DNA of 64,000 bases, taken from the sequence record KX452698; one strand, given 5' to 3'. Position numbers and translations under genes: made by a program. This document shows positions 59,194 through 64,000 of the stretch, piece by piece (position 1 is the first letter of the stretch; each line of letters opens with the position of its first letter). The notes under the pieces were generated by a model. The model made no database searches, was not told the DNA's origin, and saw nothing but the letters and a program-made list of their open reading frames with translations. Source of the stretch: Shigella phage KNP5.

Positions 59194-61251
59194 CTACATC
59201 TTGAACTTTTTAGACATTCCGTTAATGTTAACCAAAGAAGCCAAGATTTGAGAAACTTCGTTTTCCTCTTCTTTTGATTCTTCTACAAGGAATTGATTAA
59301 ACCCAGCCATTGGACGAACTTCGCCAGTTTCCATTAGATGATCGCCATCATATACCGATTCTTCTAATTGTTCAGAAGGAGGAACGATTGTGCCTTCGAT
59401 TAGATACTTGTTATAAGCAGTTTCTTTCATCATGTACGTGCTTACTTTATTAATCTTCAACAAAATTCCACGTGGTAGAATAACTTCAGCTTCTGATGGA
59501 AATCCTGATAAATGACCTGGAACGATAACTTTGATTCGCTCAGCCCCTTTAATTACCATACCTACGCTAGTTTCAGCATCTTCATTCGCATAAGCAGAAT
59601 GACTGCCCATATGCATTAAATCTTCAGCATCAACAGAACCTTCTCCTTCACCAGAAAATACTGCGCCGGAATCATCTAGAGCCATATAGTTTTTACCATG
59701 CTCACCGAAGATATTTGGTTTAAGCGATGTGGATACGAAGTTCTTGAAATAGAACATTTTATTTTCAATATTATGGCGTAAAGTTTTAAAAGTAACTTCT
59801 TGTCCACGATAAAGCGTAGTTCCTGGAGGAAGAACTGATCCTTTGGCGAATGCAGAATCCAGAGTCTCGATGTGTTTAATAGCTCGTTCCATGTATTCTT
59901 CACGGGTAGAATCTGGTTTACCCAAGAGGAACGAGTTCATTTCAACATATGAATCTGCACAATAATCTTCAATTACATCAGACTCAGCCTGAGTCAGTCC
60001 TTTTGGAGTTACTTCGGTGCTTGCGTATTCATATGCCTGAGCAGCAGATTCATTAATCAATTTATAAATGCCATTCATGACAAATTGAATAATAGCTACC
60101 TTTTCGTCTGGCGTAGCTTTAGAACCTTTAACTAAATCATTGATAATTTTCTTAATAACATCAAAGCTATTAGAAATATTAATGTCAGCGAGATCGCTCA
60201 AAATTTTATCGGTTTTATAATCAAAGAATTCTTTATTCTTTAAATATTCTTGAGAACCTTGATATGTTATATCGCTCTGCAGTCTGATAGACGGATCACG
60301 TAAACGTGCATGGGCCAATGCAATATGATTTCGGAAGCTTTCTAGTTCATAATCGTTAGATTTAAAACGAGAAGCACTTCTCATACCACCAATAGCTCCT
60401 TTGCCGAAGTTTGAACCAATCTGAATAACGCCAGAGTTCATTGGTCCTTCTGCTTTATATACCGGAACTTTAGATTCAAACTCTTGATATTTCTTAGCAG
60501 CGAAGCTATCACCCTGAAGTGAAGCATCTACAGTAGAATATTGAGCTTGCGCTGCTAATCGACGACTAATTTTAGTTTTCTGAATAACAGCTTGATCCGT
60601 GCGCTTATCATTTTCTAAAGCAATAGAAGCAGCAACAGCAACAGCTTTAGGAACAGCATTACCTGTTTTGACATCTACATAAACATCACCAACCTTTGAT
60701 TCAACTTTTGTGAATAACTCAGTTGAAATAGGAGGTACACCTGGAATGTCTTCTAAATTGGCATTTTTACGGTAAACCATAATATATGCATACTTTTTAT
60801 CATAATCCCAGATTTCCTTTAAAAGAACATATCGACCTGCTCCTTTAGTACGTACTAAACGGTCAGCAATAACTTGCATTTGACGAGCAGCGCCATTTGT
60901 TTTACTTTTTAGTACGCGGAATAGGCATGCGTCAATTTTATACTGTTTCATTGTTTGAAGAGCAGTATCAAAAACCGCATTAATGACACCAATTGGATTT
61001 CCACCCAAGTTTTTAAGTTTAACTAATGATAGTTTTTCATTAACACCTATCATTACGATATGCATCATTTTATCACCTTGCTTAACGTTTTTATTTGTAT
61101 CACCGCCAGAGGTGTATGTACAAAATCTAAATCCAGGAAGCACGCTTTCTTCACCGGCTTGAATAGCAAAAATTTGAGGTATTTTATGCTTAGGATTTAA
61201 GTTAACAACCGGCGCCGAAGCGCCGTCAAATAATTCTGTAATAAGTTCCAT
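59194..61251 (-). CDS. Alt-like ADP-ribosyltransferase, second paralogue
   Basis: 685 aa; N-terminal about 230 aa near-identical to Alt (MELITELFD...); divergent middle; ART motifs LYRG, STS, EAEVILPRG. Confidence 0.85.
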   Translation of the reverse strand: MELITELFDGASAPVVNLNPKHKIPQIFAIQAGEESVLPGFRFCTYTSGGDTNKNVKQGDKMMHIVMIGVNEKLSLVKLKNLGGNPIGVINAVFDTALQTMKQYKIDACLFRVLKSKTNGAARQMQVIADRLVRTKGAGRYVLLKEIWDYDKKYAYIMVYRKNANLEDIPGVPPISTELFTKVESKVGDVYVDVKTGNAVPKAVAVAASIALENDKRTDQAVIQKTKISRRLAAQAQYSTVDASLQGDSFAAKKYQEFESKVPVYKAEGPMNSGVIQIGSNFGKGAIGGMRSASRFKSNDYELESFRNHIALAHARLRDPSIRLQSDITYQGSQEYLKNKEFFDYKTDKILSDLADINISNSFDVIKKIINDLVKGSKATPDEKVAIIQFVMNGIYKLINESAAQAYEYASTEVTPKGLTQAESDVIEDYCADSYVEMNSFLLGKPDSTREEYMERAIKHIETLDSAFAKGSVLPPGTTLYRGQEVTFKTLRHNIENKMFYFKNFVSTSLKPNIFGEHGKNYMALDDSGAVFSGEGEGSVDAEDLMHMGSHSAYANEDAETSVGMVIKGAERIKVIVPGHLSGFPSEAEVILPRGILLKINKVSTYMMKETAYNKYLIEGTIVPPSEQLEESVYDGDHLMETGEVRPMAGFNQFLVEESKEEENEVSQILASLVNINGMSKKFKM

Positions 61252-61254
61252 GAT

Positions 61255-63312
61255 TTATCCTTGAACGAACTTGTAAGGCATGTTTGCAATATCTATGCAA
61301 GATGCAATAATTCCAAGAGATGATTCTACTTTTTGTTTAACATTTGATGAAACAAATGATGCAAAATCAACTCTGTCTTCTATTTCAATATCACCTGTCA
61401 TTGCAACTACTTCACCGGTTTCCATTAGACGGTCACCGTCATAAATTACTGATTCGGTGAGTTCTTCTGTAGTCATAACTTCAGCTTGAATAAGCTTGTT
61501 GTTAGTTTTAGCTGTTCCATCATTGTAAGATGCGTCGGTTATTTTATTGACTTTGACCATCAATCCACGCGGCAAAATGACTTCCATTTCATTTGAAGGC
61601 GCTAAACTTCCACCTGGTAAAACAACGTTGACTTTATCAGCCCCAGTAATAACCCATCCAATTCCAACTAAATTATCGCTAGAATTAACAAGTCCTTCAT
61701 CGTTTTTATCGATAGAAATGTTTAGACGCTTTTCGTCTGGTAAAACACCCACAGCTGAATCAGTCATCCAAGTACCAAAAATGTTTGGATATAATGATGT
61801 TGATACAAAATTTCTAAAATAAAAAACTCGATTTTTTACCAATGCTTCATATATTGAAGGTAACATTCGCTGTGAACGATATAAAGTAATACCTTTTGGC
61901 AGTCGATCACCATTTTTAAAGGCTGAATCTAAATTATCGATGGCTTGTTCTATTTCTGGTGCTGTTAAAATACTTGTACGCTCATCTGGATTATATAATC
62001 CCAAAAGAGCATTATTCATGTCTACATATCCTGAACCTACGTATTCACGAATTCCGCGTTTTTGTGCCGGTGTGTATTTAGATGAATCTTTATTTTCGAC
62101 TATAGAATGCAATGACCATCCAACGGTAAGAGCATATCCACGTAATTCTCTTCGAATAATCTTTGTTTTTATTGCATTCCAAGAATTTTGCACTAACTCA
62201 TTCGCAGCATCTTGATTTAAATGCGAATGCTTGTTAATATTTCTTTCTAACCAAGCACCTTTATATTTTTCTAAAGTATCATCAACTATAGAAGCAATAG
62301 TTTCTAAAGTTTTTATTGAAGTAATAGATTCTTTTCGTAATCTTTCTAAAGCTTTATTTTTTATTTCTGCATTAACATCAGATTCTTTATCTTCAGGAAT
62401 TATAGAAGCTTCTCTGAATGCCATTCCAGCTGTAACACTATTAAGAGCATTCTCTAATGCAAATCCTGAAGTAGAAATAACAGTTAATTCGTTAGCATCA
62501 GAAATTAAAGGCGCGTCAGCGGGTTTATTTAATTCTGCTGCTGAAGCCTCAAATTTTTGAAACATTGGTGTTTCAAATCTAGAAGATTCTAATGATTGAC
62601 TTTGCGCAATTGCTCTACGGGAAATTTTAACTTTAACGATTACAGCTTGGTCAGAACGTTTATCGTTTTCTTGCGCAATAGATGCTGCAATTGCCTCATT
62701 TTTAGTTACTTGAGCTCCGGTATCTTTATTGATATAAACATCGCCGACCTTCGATTCAACTTTAGTAAAGAGCTCGGTACTAATTTCAGGAACTCCTGGA
62801 ATGTCTTCTAATGATACATTTTTGCGATGTATAAGAATATATGCATACTTTTTATCGTAATCCCAGAGTTCCTTAAGAAGGACGTATCTGCCACCTGAAC
62901 GACTACGGATAAGTCTATCAGCAATAAGTTGAATTTGACGAGCTTGACCAGCAGTTTTAGACTTAAGAATACGGAGCATACAGGCATCAATTTTATACTG
63001 ACGCATCGTCTGCATTGCAACAGTAAAAACTGAATTGATGTAATTAATTGGGCTTGGACCGAGACCTTTTAATTTAGCAATTGAGCCTTTAGCAGTTAAT
63101 GTAAAAGGAACAATATGCATCATTTTATCGCCCATCTTTAAATCGCGATTAGTATCACCTCCAGATGTATAGGTACATAAACGAAAGCCTGGCTGTTCAA
63201 TTGCGTCATCAACATGAACTGAAAAAATTTGTGGTATTTTCTTCTTTGGATTTAAGTTTGTAATCGGAAGAGTAGTATCTTCGTCAAATAATTCTGTAAT
63301 GAGTTCCATCAT
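61255..63312 (-). CDS. alt: Alt ADP-ribosyltransferase (packaged, injected)
   Basis: 685 aa; matches my recollection of T4 Alt along its length; motifs LYRS, STS, EMEVILPRG. Confidence 0.92.
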   Translation of the reverse strand: MMELITELFDEDTTLPITNLNPKKKIPQIFSVHVDDAIEQPGFRLCTYTSGGDTNRDLKMGDKMMHIVPFTLTAKGSIAKLKGLGPSPINYINSVFTVAMQTMRQYKIDACMLRILKSKTAGQARQIQLIADRLIRSRSGGRYVLLKELWDYDKKYAYILIHRKNVSLEDIPGVPEISTELFTKVESKVGDVYINKDTGAQVTKNEAIAASIAQENDKRSDQAVIVKVKISRRAIAQSQSLESSRFETPMFQKFEASAAELNKPADAPLISDANELTVISTSGFALENALNSVTAGMAFREASIIPEDKESDVNAEIKNKALERLRKESITSIKTLETIASIVDDTLEKYKGAWLERNINKHSHLNQDAANELVQNSWNAIKTKIIRRELRGYALTVGWSLHSIVENKDSSKYTPAQKRGIREYVGSGYVDMNNALLGLYNPDERTSILTAPEIEQAIDNLDSAFKNGDRLPKGITLYRSQRMLPSIYEALVKNRVFYFRNFVSTSLYPNIFGTWMTDSAVGVLPDEKRLNISIDKNDEGLVNSSDNLVGIGWVITGADKVNVVLPGGSLAPSNEMEVILPRGLMVKVNKITDASYNDGTAKTNNKLIQAEVMTTEELTESVIYDGDRLMETGEVVAMTGDIEIEDRVDFASFVSSNVKQKVESSLGIIASCIDIANMPYKFVQG

Positions 63313-63322
63313 ATCCTCTCTA

Positions 63323-63330
63323 GTGTTTAT
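63323..63330 (-). promoter_or_regulatory. late promoter core TATAAATA upstream of alt
   Basis: plus tatttata; about 12-18 nt upstream of the alt ATG; preceded by hairpin AAAGGCC ttcg GGCCTTT. Confidence 0.6.
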
Positions 63331-63361
63331 TCTATTTATAAAATTAAAGGCCCGAAGGCCT

Positions 63362-63550
63362 TTAATAATCTATTGGTAAGAGAGTACGATATATTTCAAA
63401 CTTTGGACCTTTTTCATAGGTATCAAATGTTTCTGTGAATTTATTATAAGCATATGCATCTATAAATTCAATCATAATTTGTGATACAGAAGTAGAAACA
63501 TCTCCGCCTTCTTTTTGAGCAACGACAATTGTTTCTAAGTAAGCTTTCAT
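63362..63550 (-). CDS. hypothetical protein
   Basis: 62 aa ORF between gene 30 and alt. Confidence 0.5.
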   Translation of the reverse strand: MKAYLETIVVAQKEGGDVSTSVSQIMIEFIDAYAYNKFTETFDTYEKGPKFEIYRTLLPIDY

Positions 63551-64000
63551 AGACCAGTTACCTCATGAAAATCACCAAATACATCCTCGAATGTATTAGC
63601 TTTAGTTTTATCTTCACGTAAACGAATCGCAATCGGAAGAAATAATTTAACGTAATCAGTGCGGCCATCAGATTTTAACCAACCGTTACATTCGCACTCT
63701 AGAATTTTTCCAATATAATAATTTTGGTTTTCCATGATGCGAGTACGGTCAAGTTCATGCGATTTTACACCGGCTTTATCTTTTAAGCCTGAACCAGCAT
63801 TTACTTTAATTTTTCCACACTCTGATTCAAGAATAAATCCACCCGCTTTAGTAGGGTCTTTACGGTGAGGATAAATTCCTACAATTTTTAAATCAACATC
63901 AATTACTTCTTTAAATTTATAAAGATTTTTTGAACGAGCATTTTCCCATAATCCATCGGTATTTTTGAGAATAATACCTTCAAGACCTTGGTCAATATAC
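63547..64000 (-). CDS. 30: DNA ligase gp30, C-terminal part (gene continues past window end)
   Basis: minus frame open from 64000; ...GIILKNTDGLWENARSKNLYKFKEVIDVDLKIVGIYPHRKDPTKAGGF...FGDFHEVTGL matches the T4 DNA ligase C-terminus; ORF-track 63547..63735 is its tail. Confidence 0.88.
   Translation of the reverse strand, partial: YIDQGLEGIILKNTDGLWENARSKNLYKFKEVIDVDLKIVGIYPHRKDPTKAGGFILESECGKIKVNAGSGLKDKAGVKSHELDRTRIMENQNYYIGKILECECNGWLKSDGRTDYVKLFLPIAIRLREDKTKANTFEDVFGDFHEVTGL

Overview
This window is a contiguous segment of a T4-like (T-even, Tequatrovirus-type) myovirus genome, AT-rich, with very close protein-level similarity to phage T4 (identifications below are from recalled T4 protein sequences and motifs, not database searches). 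Positions 1-14400 are an early/middle region on the minus strand: a GrcA-like glycyl-radical protein, a P-loop ORF, an internal-protein-like gene, denV, lysozyme e, nudE and seven further e.x-type small ORFs, a second IP-like cassette, a cluster of 10 tRNA genes, a hypervariable block of small ORFs, then 57B, 57A, 1, 3, 2, 4. Positions 14400-58800 carry the late structural module, almost all on the plus strand: 53, 5, 5.1, 5.4, 6-12, wac, 13-24, with rnlB, hoc, inh, uvsY, 25, 26 on the minus strand and uvsW, 51, 27, 28, 29, 48, 54 on the plus strand. The 3' end has two tandem alt-like ADP-ribosyltransferase genes and the C-terminal end of DNA ligase gene 30. Many T4 late promoter cores (TATAAATA), early promoters (GTTTAC -35) and GC-hairpin terminators are visible. 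Two runs of N (9416-9514, 99 nt; 46815-47804, 990 nt) are unreadable. Features that differ from what I recall of T4 are concentrated in the internal-protein/tRNA hypervariable region, in hoc, and at the alt locus.
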